A stretch of 32,000 nucleotides of DNA from Desulfobulbus propionicus DSM 2032 (GTDB lineage: Bacteria > Desulfobacterota > Desulfobulbia > Desulfobulbales > Desulfobulbaceae). The DNA is taken from assembly GCF_000186885.1 (NCBI RefSeq), contig NC_014972.1, positions 1,350,001 through 1,382,000 of the forward strand, written 5' to 3'. Shown here in pieces: positions 14,956 to 23,982 of the stretch. The notes under the pieces are model-generated. The model was not told the origin of the DNA, searched no databases, and worked only from the letters and a program-made list of their open reading frames with translations. Both the position numbers and the translations under genes were made by a program. Within the stretch, counting starts at the first letter, position 1. Each line of letters opens with the position of its first letter.

Positions 14956-17900
14956 TTGGTCGACACCATGGAACATGCAGCTGAATTTGCCTTGCTCAGG
15001 GCCCGAATCGCCGAACTGGAGGCCGCCTGTGCCGATCTTGAGGCGCGGTGCGCACAGTTTGACCAGTATCCCTACGGCCCGTTGGCCTGTCAATCCCTGG
15101 ACGCGGCAGGTCGCCTGGCCGACGTCAACCAGGCGTGGCTGGACAGCCTCGGCTATACCAGGGAAGAGGTCATCGGCCGCGCCTTCACCGATTTTCTCCC
15201 TCCCGACCAGCGGCAGTGTTTTGGGGGAATGATGTCCCGCATCGAGGCGCTGGACGAGATCCTCGGCGCCGAGTTGGCGATGGCGGCCAGGGACGGTTCC
15301 ACCCTGTGGGGCGCTTGCAACATTCGGGCCGAACGGGACGCGCAAGGCCGGCTGCTCAAGACCCGCTGGGTGTTCATCGATATCACCGCCCGCCTGTTGG
15401 CCGAGAACGAACGGCGGGAAAACGAGATGCACCTCAAGGCCATTCTCAACGCCTCCACGGAAACCATTCAGCTGCTCGATACCGAGGGGCGGACCATCAT
15501 CGCCAACGAGGCCTCGGCCAAACGGTTGCACGTCTCGGTTGACGACTTGATTGGCCGGCCGGTGTTCGATTTCTTTCCGCCGGCGGTCGCCGAGCAGCGA
15601 AGGGAATGTTGCCGGCAGGTGGTGGCCACCGGTCAACCCCTTACCGTTCAGGATGAGCGCGACGGGATTGCTTTCGAGGCGTACCTGTATCCGGTTGCCG
15701 ATGAACAAGGCGTTGTCCGGCGCATCGCCTTGTTTTCCATGGACATTACCCGGCGCAAGGCCATGGAGCGGCAGCTGGCGGAAAGCCATGCCCTGCTCGC
15801 CAATCTCGCCAACCAGGTGCCCGGGGTGGTCTACCAATACCGGCTGTATCCGGATGGGCGTTCGTGTTTTCCCTATGCCAGTCCAGGGATATGGAATATT
15901 TACGAGGTGACGCCGGAGCAGGTCCGGGAAGATGCCGCGCCGGTGTTCGACCGGCTCCACCCCGCCGACCACGACCGGGTTGCCGAGGCCATTCTCGCCT
16001 CGGCGCGCACCCTGGAAACCTTTTTCTGCGAATTCAAGGTCATCCTGCCCCGGCAAGGACTGCGCTGGTATTGGTCCCAGGCGCAGCCGCAGCGACTGGA
16101 AGATGGCGGCACCCTGTGGCACGGCATCATTTCCGACATCACCGCCCGCAAGCAGGCCGAGGAAACCCTGCGGGCACGGGAACACTACCTGCACACCATC
16201 CTCCAAACCTCGGTGGAAGGGTTTTGGGTGCTTGACACGCAGGGAAGGGTGGTCGAAGTCAACAACGCCTATCTGGCCATGACGGGATACAGCCGGCGGG
16301 AAATCCTCCGGCTGTCCATCAGCGACCTCGACGCCATCGAGTCGCCGGACCAGATCGCCGTCCGGATCCAACGGATCATCGCCAATGGTTCGGAACTGTT
16401 TGAAAGCCGGCATCGCCGCAAGGACGGCAGCCTCTTCCCGGTCGAGGTGTCGGTCACCTGGCTGGACGAGGAAGGGGGGCGCATGGTCTGTTTTTGCCGC
16501 GACCTGAGCGAGCGCAAACGGGCCGAGGAGGCGCTGCGCCATTCGCACGAGTTGATGCGCCACCTCATCGAGCACACCAACAGCGGCGTGGCCGTGCATG
16601 ATCGAAACCTGCGCTATGTGTACGTCAGTCAGCGCTATCTCGAAATGTACGGGCTCAAGGGGCGTGATGTGATTGGCCAGCATCATTACGACATCTTTCC
16701 CGACCTGCCCGAGAAATGGCGCGACGTCCATCGGCAGGTCCTGACCGGCAAGACAATGAGCGCCAAGCGTGATCCCTACGTTCGAGCCGATGGGACGATG
16801 GAGTGGACCCGGTGGGAGTGCCGGCCCTGGTACGAGTCCCCGGGAACGATCGGCGGCCTCATCGTCTACACCGAGGTGATCACCGAGCAGGTGCTGGCCG
16901 AAGAGGCCCTGCGCAAGAGCGAGGAATTCCAGAGGGCGCTCATTGACGCCTCGCCGCTGGCGATCATCAGTCTTGATCCCGAGGGGCAGGTGCTCAGCTG
17001 GAACCGCGCCGCCGAACGCATTTTTGGCTGGTCGGAGAAGGAAGCGCTCGGCCAATTTTTGCTGATCGGCAACAGCGAGCAGGCCGAAACATTGGCCGCT
17101 CTGCGTACCCGAATCCTGGCCGGCGAGACGCTTTCCCGCCTCGAACTGCACCTGTGCCACAAGGACGGCAGTCCGATCGTGGTCAGCCTGTCGACCGCGC
17201 CCATCCGCAATCCCGACGGCGAATTGATCGCCATCATGTCCGTCCTGGAGGACATCAGTGAACGCAAGCGGGCGGAAGAGGAAAAGAAACTCCTTGCCGT
17301 CCAGTTGCAGCAGGCGCAGAAGATGGAGGCCATCGGCACCCTGGCCGGCGGTATTGCCCACGATTTCAACAATCTCCTTGGGGTGATCATCGGCTATGGC
17401 GAGATTGCCAAGGAAGCGCTTCCCGACCACTCGACCACCGCCAGGGATCTGGAGAAGATCCTGGAAGCCGGGGAGCGGGCGGCCGATCTGGTCAAACAGA
17501 TCCTGGCTTTCGGCCGTCGGGCCAATGTCGAAAAAATTCCCCTGGAGCCGGTCCATCTGGTCAAAGAGGCCGTCAAGCTGCTGCGCGCGACCCTGCCCTC
17601 GACAATCACCATCCGGCAGCAGCTCAGCGCCAGGACCGGTACCATCCTCGCCGACCCGACCCAGATTCACCAGATCGTGATGAATCTCTGCACCAACGCC
17701 TTTCACGCCATGGAACAAACCGGCGGGGTCCTGGACATCACGCTCGCGGAATGCGAGCGCGATGTCCAGGACCTCCTGTATCATCCCCAGGTGCGACCCG
17801 GCAAATTCGTGGTGCTCACGGTAGCGGATACCGGTCCCGGTATCCCCCCGGAGATACGGGACAAGATTTTCGAGCCCTATTTCACCACCAAGGGGGTGGG

Positions 17901-18465
17901 GAAGGGCACCGGTTTGGGCCTGGCCATCGTGCACGGCATCGTGGCCGATACCGGCGGGTTCATCACCTGCGAGAGCGAGCCGGGGCAAGGGACGGCGTTC
18001 CACGTCTTTCTTCCGGCCCACGAGGCGAGCGTTCCGCTCCAGGACAAGGCGGCCGACACTAGCCCCTCGGGCCGGGAACGGATTCTCCTGGTGGACGACG
18101 AGGCCATGCTGGCGGAGATGGGCAAGACCATGCTTGAACGCCTGGGCTACACGGTGATCAGCCAGACCAGCAGCCTGGAGGCCTTGGCGATGTTTCAGCA
18201 GCGGCCCCGGGATTTCGACGCGGTCATCACCGATCAGACCATGCCCAGCCTGACCGGCATCGACCTGGCGCAGCGCATGCTGCGGATACGGCCCGATCTG
18301 CCGATCATTCTGTGCACCGGCTTCAGCAGTCTCGTCAATGAACAACAGGCCAAGGCGTGCGGCGTCAGAGGTTTTCTCATGAAGCCCCTGACCAAGAAAG
18401 GGCTGGCCGAGCTGCTACGCAGGGTGCTGGACGAGGGACGCGGCACATCGGCATCGGCGCCGTAG
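14956..18465 (+). CDS. Hybrid sensor histidine kinase: N-terminal coiled coil, about six PAS domains, HisKA, HATPase_c, C-terminal receiver (1169 aa)
   Basis: Six PAS-end signatures: FIDITARL, SMDITRRKAME, ISDITARKQAEE, CRDLSERKRAEE, YTEVITEQVLAEE, LEDISERKRAEEE. H-box GGIAHDFNNLL. G boxes DTGPGI and GTGLGLAIVHGIV. Receiver RILLVDDE...AVITDQTMP. The alternative start ATG 14968 (MEHA) cannot be excluded. The 1154-aa minus ORF 14881..18345 is its shadow. Confidence 0.9.
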   Translation: MVDTMEHAAEFALLRARIAELEAACADLEARCAQFDQYPYGPLACQSLDAAGRLADVNQAWLDSLGYTREEVIGRAFTDFLPPDQRQCFGGMMSRIEALDEILGAELAMAARDGSTLWGACNIRAERDAQGRLLKTRWVFIDITARLLAENERRENEMHLKAILNASTETIQLLDTEGRTIIANEASAKRLHVSVDDLIGRPVFDFFPPAVAEQRRECCRQVVATGQPLTVQDERDGIAFEAYLYPVADEQGVVRRIALFSMDITRRKAMERQLAESHALLANLANQVPGVVYQYRLYPDGRSCFPYASPGIWNIYEVTPEQVREDAAPVFDRLHPADHDRVAEAILASARTLETFFCEFKVILPRQGLRWYWSQAQPQRLEDGGTLWHGIISDITARKQAEETLRAREHYLHTILQTSVEGFWVLDTQGRVVEVNNAYLAMTGYSRREILRLSISDLDAIESPDQIAVRIQRIIANGSELFESRHRRKDGSLFPVEVSVTWLDEEGGRMVCFCRDLSERKRAEEALRHSHELMRHLIEHTNSGVAVHDRNLRYVYVSQRYLEMYGLKGRDVIGQHHYDIFPDLPEKWRDVHRQVLTGKTMSAKRDPYVRADGTMEWTRWECRPWYESPGTIGGLIVYTEVITEQVLAEEALRKSEEFQRALIDASPLAIISLDPEGQVLSWNRAAERIFGWSEKEALGQFLLIGNSEQAETLAALRTRILAGETLSRLELHLCHKDGSPIVVSLSTAPIRNPDGELIAIMSVLEDISERKRAEEEKKLLAVQLQQAQKMEAIGTLAGGIAHDFNNLLGVIIGYGEIAKEALPDHSTTARDLEKILEAGERAADLVKQILAFGRRANVEKIPLEPVHLVKEAVKLLRATLPSTITIRQQLSARTGTILADPTQIHQIVMNLCTNAFHAMEQTGGVLDITLAECERDVQDLLYHPQVRPGKFVVLTVADTGPGIPPEIRDKIFEPYFTTKGVGKGTGLGLAIVHGIVADTGGFITCESEPGQGTAFHVFLPAHEASVPLQDKAADTSPSGRERILLVDDEAMLAEMGKTMLERLGYTVISQTSSLEALAMFQQRPRDFDAVITDQTMPSLTGIDLAQRMLRIRPDLPIILCTGFSSLVNEQQAKACGVRGFLMKPLTKKGLAELLRRVLDEGRGTSASAP

Positions 18466-18471
18466 GGGAGG

Positions 18472-18494
18472 GGCGGGCCATCGAGCTGCCCGCC
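18472..18494 (+). terminator. GC-rich stem-loop just after the hybrid kinase stop (weak terminator candidate)
   Basis: GGCGGGC (18472..18478) / GCCCGCC (18488..18494) with a 9-nt loop. The downstream sequence ACAGATGCGTTTGG is only weakly U-rich. Confidence 0.3.
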
Positions 18495-18597
18495 ACAGAT
18501 GCGTTTGGTTCCATGAGGCGAGACAGGGCCATGCACACCGCCCGGATCATCGACAGCCATATCCACTGCGGTATCCGGCATGCGGCATGGCGTTCTG

Positions 18598-19209
18598 CTA
18601 TTTCGGAGGCGGGAGAATTTCGAGCAGCTCGTCGGCTTTTTGCGGATTGAGGTGGCGGAGCTGTTCGAGGCTTTCCTGGGCGGCGGCGGGATTGTCGGAG
18701 GAAAAATACACGTAGGAGAGATTGCTCCACCCTTCGACATCGCCCGGGTTGATGCGCACCGTCTGGCGGTACGAATCGATGGCCTCGTTGTAGCGTTTTT
18801 GTTCCGTGTACACAAAGCCGAGATTGCTCCACCCGTCCGCATCTTGCGGATTGATGCGCACCGTCTGGCGATACGCGGCAACGGCCTCGTCGTACCGGTG
18901 CAGGTTGAGATAGCAATACCCCAGACAATGCCAGGCCCAGGCATCCTCGGGCACGTCCCGTGACCATTCCTGGCACCAGTCCAGCATGCCTTTCCAATCG
19001 GATGACTCTTGGAACGCCTCCGAACCTTTGAGCCATTGATCGTGGCTGCGGCTGGATGGTTGTGGCGGCGGGGGCTGCTCCTGCGCGGCTGGAGAGGGGC
19101 GGGCAACGGCAGGGTGGGTGGTTTGCTCAGGTGCTTGGCCCGCCCGAAGCCCCTGGGCAACGGCAAAACAAAGGATGAGCAAGGCAACGGTCGTGGTGAG
19201 CTTGAACAT
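18598..19209 (-). CDS. Secreted TPR-repeat protein (203 aa)
   Basis: Signal peptide MFKLTTTVALLILCFAVAQG, then a Pro/Gln-rich linker. Three TPR-like units: AWHCLGYCYLNLHRYDEAVAAYRQTVRINPQDA, GWSNLGFVYTEQKRYNEAIDSYRQTVRINPGDV, GWSNLSYVYFSSDNPAAAQESLEQLRHLNP. Confidence 0.85.
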   Translation of the reverse strand: MFKLTTTVALLILCFAVAQGLRAGQAPEQTTHPAVARPSPAAQEQPPPPQPSSRSHDQWLKGSEAFQESSDWKGMLDWCQEWSRDVPEDAWAWHCLGYCYLNLHRYDEAVAAYRQTVRINPQDADGWSNLGFVYTEQKRYNEAIDSYRQTVRINPGDVEGWSNLSYVYFSSDNPAAAQESLEQLRHLNPQKADELLEILPPPK

Positions 19210-19377
19210 TATCGGTCACTCCAATGCCCGCACGATAGACGAAAAACAGCCGCTCGGCGAGTGTTTCATTGCCTCCTCGTCAGGAAAAGCAACTCGAGGA
19301 AGCCTTTTCAAGGACGCCCAGGCAAGCCCCTGTTCGTCCCAGGCACACATCTATAACAGCAGAATTGAGCGATACGC

Positions 19378-20637
19378 ATGAACGAGACCACCACCCCGCC
19401 CCCGTCAGGCGAAGCACATCCGCAGCGACACGCCTCCCTTCCACCGGCAGGAACAGCCGCGAAAAGGGGGCTGCAATTCAACAGGATGGAATTGTCCGGC
19501 GCCTTTGGCGACCTGGGGACCATGCTGCCCATTGTCTTGGGCATGATCCTGATCAATGGTCTGAGCCCATCGACCGTCTTTCTCACCTTTGGCCTTTTCT
19601 ACCTTTTTGCCGGCTTTTATTATCGACTGCCCATCCCCGTGCAGCCGTTGAAGGCGGTTGGCGCCATTGCCATTGCCTATCCCGCTCTGATTACCGAACC
19701 GGTGATCGGCGCTGCGGGTATCCTTTTCGGTGCCATCCTCCTGGTGTTATCCCTCACCGGCATGGTCGATCGGATTGCGAAACTTTTTTCCCAGGCGGTG
19801 GTCCGTGGCATTCAGTTGACGTTAGGGCTTATTTTTCTGAAGAAGGGGATCGAACTCATTGTCCATGAACAGGTGTTCATGTCGGGCGGACCGGCCCGTT
19901 TCGCGGAGTATCCGGTCAATCTGATCACCGGCATCGCCGTGTTCGTCCTGGTCCTGCTCCTGCTCAACAACACACGGTATCCTGCCGCTCTGGCCGCGCT
20001 GGCCGTCGGCATCGTTGTGGGATGTGCGCTTGGCGGGTTTACCGGACGCGGTGTTTCTCTTGGCCCCACCTCCATCCATCTCATCCAACCAACGATCGCC
20101 GATTTTTGGACCGCCTTCATCATGCTGGTGCTGCCGCAGATTCCCCTCACCATCGGCAACGCCTGCGTGGGAACCGCGGACACCTGCGCCAACCTCTTCA
20201 GCGACGACCCGTCCACAAGAAAGGCGAAAGCCGGAACATTCGCCTTCTCCATGGGGCTGATCAATTTCCCCGCCGGATTTTTCGGCTCCGTGCCCATGTG
20301 CCACGGTACCGGGGGATTGGCGGCGCATTACCGTTTCGGCGCCAGAACCGGCGGCGCGCCTGTGATGATCGGTTTGTTTTTCCTCCTGGTCGCCCTGGGG
20401 CTGGGAGAATTCGGCTTTGCGGTGTTGTCGTTGATTCCCCAATCCGTTCTCGGGGTGTTGCTGGTTTTCGCCGGGTTGGAGCTTTGCCCGCTGCTGCGCA
20501 GTCTCAAGACCAACGAGGAGTATTTCGTGGCCTTGTTGATCGCCGGCATCGCCCTGGTCATTCCCAACATGGCGTGGGCCTTTGGGATCGGCATTCTCGT
20601 CGATAGCGTGATCCGGCTGCTGAAAATCAAAATTTAA
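19378..20637 (+). CDS. MOT1-family (SulP-related) putative molybdate/sulfate transporter, 419 aa
   Basis: Polytopic membrane protein with the family N-terminal signature ELSGAFGDLGTMLPIV, as I recall it from plant MOT1/MOT2 and their bacterial homologues. The start codon is uncertain because the RBS is weak. An internal Met 36 codons downstream, immediately before ELSGAFGDLGT, is possible. Confidence 0.85.
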   Translation: MNETTTPPPSGEAHPQRHASLPPAGTAAKRGLQFNRMELSGAFGDLGTMLPIVLGMILINGLSPSTVFLTFGLFYLFAGFYYRLPIPVQPLKAVGAIAIAYPALITEPVIGAAGILFGAILLVLSLTGMVDRIAKLFSQAVVRGIQLTLGLIFLKKGIELIVHEQVFMSGGPARFAEYPVNLITGIAVFVLVLLLLNNTRYPAALAALAVGIVVGCALGGFTGRGVSLGPTSIHLIQPTIADFWTAFIMLVLPQIPLTIGNACVGTADTCANLFSDDPSTRKAKAGTFAFSMGLINFPAGFFGSVPMCHGTGGLAAHYRFGARTGGAPVMIGLFFLLVALGLGEFGFAVLSLIPQSVLGVLLVFAGLELCPLLRSLKTNEEYFVALLIAGIALVIPNMAWAFGIGILVDSVIRLLKIKI

Positions 20638-20659
20638 CCCTGGGCACGTCCGTGGATAT

Positions 20660-20680
20660 CCCTGTCCGCAAAGGACAGGG
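20660..20680. terminator. Perfect 8-bp stem-loop between convergent genes
   Basis: CCCTGTCC (20660..20667), loop GCAAA, GGACAGGG (20673..20680). It starts 23 nt after the transporter stop. No U-tract. Confidence 0.4.
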
Positions 20681-20868
20681 AAAGAATGGAGTCGGATGGC
20701 GGGCCAGGAGGACCGGCCCGCATTTCAGGGGCGTTTCCCGCCTAGCCAAGCCCTATTGCCCAGGAGAGCAGAGAGGTTCCTCCGATGCAAACGGCGGCGA
20801 AGGGGAGCGATCGAGCGAAAAGTCGGGCCGCGGAGACGGTGTGCCAGCCATCGCCCATCCTTTGATCG

Positions 20869-22533
20869 CTATTCAAGGGGGACGTCGTTTTTCGTCTGTG
20901 CTGGCAGCCTGTTCGATAAACCCATTTTGTCCGCCAACGTGCTCATGGTTGACGCATTGCTGATCCAGAAGGTATAGGCGTTTTTCCCCGCATTTTTCGA
21001 ATCATAGAGGGCGATATCGGCCTTTTTGAACAACTCGCCGAAGTTCTCGCCGTCATCGGCATGCATGGCGATGCCGATGCTGACTGAAATGTTGGTGTGG
21101 GGAAACCGCCGCGCGATCCTTTCGTCAAATCCGGCGAGCAGCTTTTGGGCAACTGACCGTACCGACTCGGTATTCTCAGCCTTGGGAACGATAATGGCAA
21201 ATTCGTCCCCACCAAGACGGAACAGGTTCTCGGCGGGAAAGATGTGCATCAGCAGGTTCGAGAAGGCCACCAAGATCCTGTCGCCCTCATCGTGACCATA
21301 CTGATCGTTGACCTCCTTGAAATTATCGAGATCGGCGAGCAGGAGCGCGGTGTCGCGCTGGCAGGGGGTCTTTCGCATGAAATCCTGAAGGCTGCGTCTG
21401 TTGTTCAGCCTGGTCAGGTAATCGGTGTTCGCGTCCATGAGCAGTTTGTTCTTGTACCGGTGCTCAAGGGTGATATCGAGAAAGAGATAGATGTAGCCGG
21501 CCAACACACCAAAAATATCGAGCAGCTTTTCATCGTGTATTTTCAGAACCTGGTCCTTGGAAATCAGCAGTGTTCCTTCCTCGTTCCGCTCCACGATCCA
21601 TCGTTTGTTACGGGCGAAATTTCCAGCTGTAGCGATGAACGACTCGATGTCGCCGCCGATCAGCTCATCTCGTTGCAGCGAAAACAAATTGATGGATTTC
21701 TGGTTGATACTGGTGATGTTTTTGTTTTTGTCGGTCACCATGACCGCAAAGGGCAGCCCCTCGAGCAGGATGTTCAGCTCGATCAGCAGATTCTGCAGAT
21801 CAGTGACATCGTGGGCGAATCCGACCGTGCCGATAACCTTGCCATCCACGTCGAAAATCGGTGATTTGTACGTTTTGAACTTACGCAGCTCATCCTGACA
21901 CTTCACCGTCTCGTCAAAAAGGCAGGTTTCCTTTTTGTTCAGGACAATTTCTTCCGATTCCAGGCAGATATATTCACCCTGGGCATACTCGTCGGGTTCT
22001 ATGCCCCAGATATAATAATGCCCCCGGCCTTGGATCTGGGCCTTGGTCTTGTCCACCGCGCGGCAGAAACTGGTGTTGACCTTCAGGTGCGCGCCCCGTG
22101 CATCCTTGAACCAGATCAGGTCGGGCAGGCTGTCTATCAAGGTGTCGAGATATTTTTCTGTAAGGCTGGCGTCCTCTCGCTCCTTCAACCGCGCCAGGAT
22201 CTTGCCAAAGGAGGAGAGGGCTTGGGCATCGGTAAAGGGTTTGATCCATAGCTGGTCGAGCAGGTCCTGGACCTCCGTCAGGCCGGTGAGGCTGCTGGCG
22301 GTGCAACAGGCGATCAGGGCGGCGTGGGCTTCCTTTTCCGCGTGGACCATTTTTATGGTTTCCGTGGTGCACGAATCGAGGAGGATGATCGCGCAGTCTC
22401 GTACCTCCTCGTCTGCTTGCGCTCGACAGATGATGTGATGCGAGAACCGCTCCCGCGGGGGAACGCCCCGCAGCAGCGTTTCGAGTCGTGAGTCCTGGGT
22501 TATGATTAAGATCTTCAACAAACGGTGGTACAT
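20869..22533 (-). CDS. Diguanylate cyclase: N-terminal receiver-like region, two PAS domains, GGDEF (554 aa)
   Basis: PAS patterns LIDSLPDLIWFKDARGAHLKVNTSF and LLEGLPFAVMVTDKNKNITSINQ. GGDEF core ALLLADLDNFKEVNDQYGHDEGDRIL...FRLGGDEFAII. GGAG RBS upstream of ATG 22533. GC is markedly lower than in neighbouring genes (spot counts 52% and 42%). Confidence 0.9.
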   Translation of the reverse strand: MYHRLLKILIITQDSRLETLLRGVPPRERFSHHIICRAQADEEVRDCAIILLDSCTTETIKMVHAEKEAHAALIACCTASSLTGLTEVQDLLDQLWIKPFTDAQALSSFGKILARLKEREDASLTEKYLDTLIDSLPDLIWFKDARGAHLKVNTSFCRAVDKTKAQIQGRGHYYIWGIEPDEYAQGEYICLESEEIVLNKKETCLFDETVKCQDELRKFKTYKSPIFDVDGKVIGTVGFAHDVTDLQNLLIELNILLEGLPFAVMVTDKNKNITSINQKSINLFSLQRDELIGGDIESFIATAGNFARNKRWIVERNEEGTLLISKDQVLKIHDEKLLDIFGVLAGYIYLFLDITLEHRYKNKLLMDANTDYLTRLNNRRSLQDFMRKTPCQRDTALLLADLDNFKEVNDQYGHDEGDRILVAFSNLLMHIFPAENLFRLGGDEFAIIVPKAENTESVRSVAQKLLAGFDERIARRFPHTNISVSIGIAMHADDGENFGELFKKADIALYDSKNAGKNAYTFWISNASTMSTLADKMGLSNRLPAQTKNDVPLE

Positions 22534-22907
22534 GCCTCAACTCCGTCAATGGCGTGGCGCGATGCCTCGTGGGTGCCGTTCACATGAGCGCTTGCGGCCG
22601 GTGCGCGCGGCTGGGTTCCGCCGGACATTATTTGGCCAAAGGGGATTCCTGCGTGTCGAGATTATCTTGATGTGGTCAGCAATTCCCGGTCTCCCGCTGG
22701 AGCAGTTGGGCGCAAGGTGAACGCGGAGTGTACCCCGAAAGGCCCAAGGGATACAGTAAACATTTGTTTCGCGATTCATCCAACAGCACCCGCCGCACCG
22801 AAGCCGCTCGATTCTTCCGGCGAGAGATCGGCCGGCCAACACCTCTTGAGTGGCGCGCATCGCAGTGCGTGCCCGGGCAGCTCTTAGCAAAGCGCCAAAG
22901 ACATCGG

Positions 22908-23801
22908 CTAGCGCATTTCCATGCTCCGCGATTCCCGCATCATCTCCGCTGGACTTTGCCCAAAGTAGCGCTTGAATTCACGGCTGAATTGAGACGCGCT
23001 CTCATACCCCACCTTGTCGGCGGCGATGTTGGCCTTGATGCTTTCCTGGATCATTAAATCCCTTGCTTTGGTCAGTCTGATTTTTTTCAAATACTGCAGG
23101 GGAGAATCCGAGGTGATCTCTTTAAAGGCCCGATGGAACGCGGAAACGCTCAAATGAGCCATTTTGGCCAACTGTTCCACGTCCAGTTTCCCCGCATAGT
23201 CGCTTTGCATCACCTTGAGGACGCGGGCGACCTGTGAAAACGTGCCGCTGTGCAAGGCCAGGGAGTAGAGGACCGGCGCCTGGGTTCCGCGCAGTGCCCG
23301 ATAGAGAATTTCCCGCACGATTCCAGGGCCTAATATTTGTGCTTCAGTCTCTGAACGCAAACATTTGACCAGCCTCGTCGTCGCATCCACCATCTCCTCA
23401 TCCATGACGGCCGGGCCGATCCCGCGAGGCAGTATCCGTTCGCCGCCCTTGCCGATTCCTGTTTGCGTATCTATTCGACCGATCAGGTCATGTAATTGAC
23501 CCATGTCAATATCGATGTACAATCCACGCAGTGGCTCCTTTGGAGTCGCAAAGGTCTCGCATTCGAACGGCATGGTGACCGAAGTCACCAGATACTGGTT
23601 GGCGTCGTAGCGAAATTTCCGGTCGCCCAGGTAACCAATCTTGTGCCCCTGGACAACGATACAGAGGCCAGGATCGTAGACCATCGGTTTCCTGGGAAGA
23701 GGGCGGGTTTCCTTGAAAAAAAGCACCCCGTGAAGCCGGGATGGAGAGGGGCCGTCCTCAATGTCCGGAAAGTTCCGCAACAGTTCAACCATCTTTGCCA
23801 T
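22908..23801 (-). CDS. AraC-family transcriptional regulator with an AraC_N-type (YqhC-like) N-terminal domain
   Basis: Sits within ORF 22908..23843. C-terminal double HTH: LAKMAHLSVSAFHRAFKEITSDSPLQYLKKIRLTKARDLM...VGYESASQFSREFKRYFGQSP. I prefer start ATG 23801 (MAKMVELL, AAGAGAG upstream) over 23843, which has no RBS. It is divergent from a YqhD-like gene. GC is low (spot count 38%). Confidence 0.85.
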   Translation of the reverse strand: MAKMVELLRNFPDIEDGPSPSRLHGVLFFKETRPLPRKPMVYDPGLCIVVQGHKIGYLGDRKFRYDANQYLVTSVTMPFECETFATPKEPLRGLYIDIDMGQLHDLIGRIDTQTGIGKGGERILPRGIGPAVMDEEMVDATTRLVKCLRSETEAQILGPGIVREILYRALRGTQAPVLYSLALHSGTFSQVARVLKVMQSDYAGKLDVEQLAKMAHLSVSAFHRAFKEITSDSPLQYLKKIRLTKARDLMIQESIKANIAADKVGYESASQFSREFKRYFGQSPAEMMRESRSMEMR

Positions 23802-23982
23802 AGAAAAAGCTCTCTTGTTTCGGATACCATCTTTAGACAACATTACTAGCTGTTATGCGTCACAAAATCAACGTGCAAGCAGAAATAGGCAAGAATTAGA
23901 CAGGAACAGGTATTCCAAATCCGCCTGCTGGGAAGTACGTTCCTGCGCACTGCAACAGCAACTCAAGAACAGGAGGTTTCGC

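Noticed and set aside
14881-18345. 1154-aa minus-strand ORF covering nearly the whole hybrid kinase gene. Similar giant ORFs are 720..2561 (+), 9517..10941 (+), 11818..13938 (+) and 23896..25092 (-).
   Set aside because: Each lies in the codon-register antisense frame of a gene with unmistakable domain motifs. In that frame a stop needs a TTA, CTA or TCA codon in the real gene, and these are rare in this GC3-rich genome. The translations are low-complexity (R/G/A/P/L-rich) and carry no motifs. They are shadow ORFs.
20742-20858. 38-codon minus-strand ORF (MGDGWHTVSAARLFARSLPFAAVCIGGTSLLSWAIGLG), beginning 10 nt downstream of the GGDEF gene stop.
   Set aside because: It is hydrophobic and so superficially like a small membrane peptide. 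However, the putative SD abuts the ATG with no spacer, and nothing else supports it.
22562-22578. Sigma-54-like element on the minus strand upstream of the GGDEF gene (cGGCACccacgagGCAt).
   Set aside because: The GG/GC spacing is correct, but the flanking T and TT consensus bases are missing. No enhancer-binding protein gene is nearby. Too weak to call.
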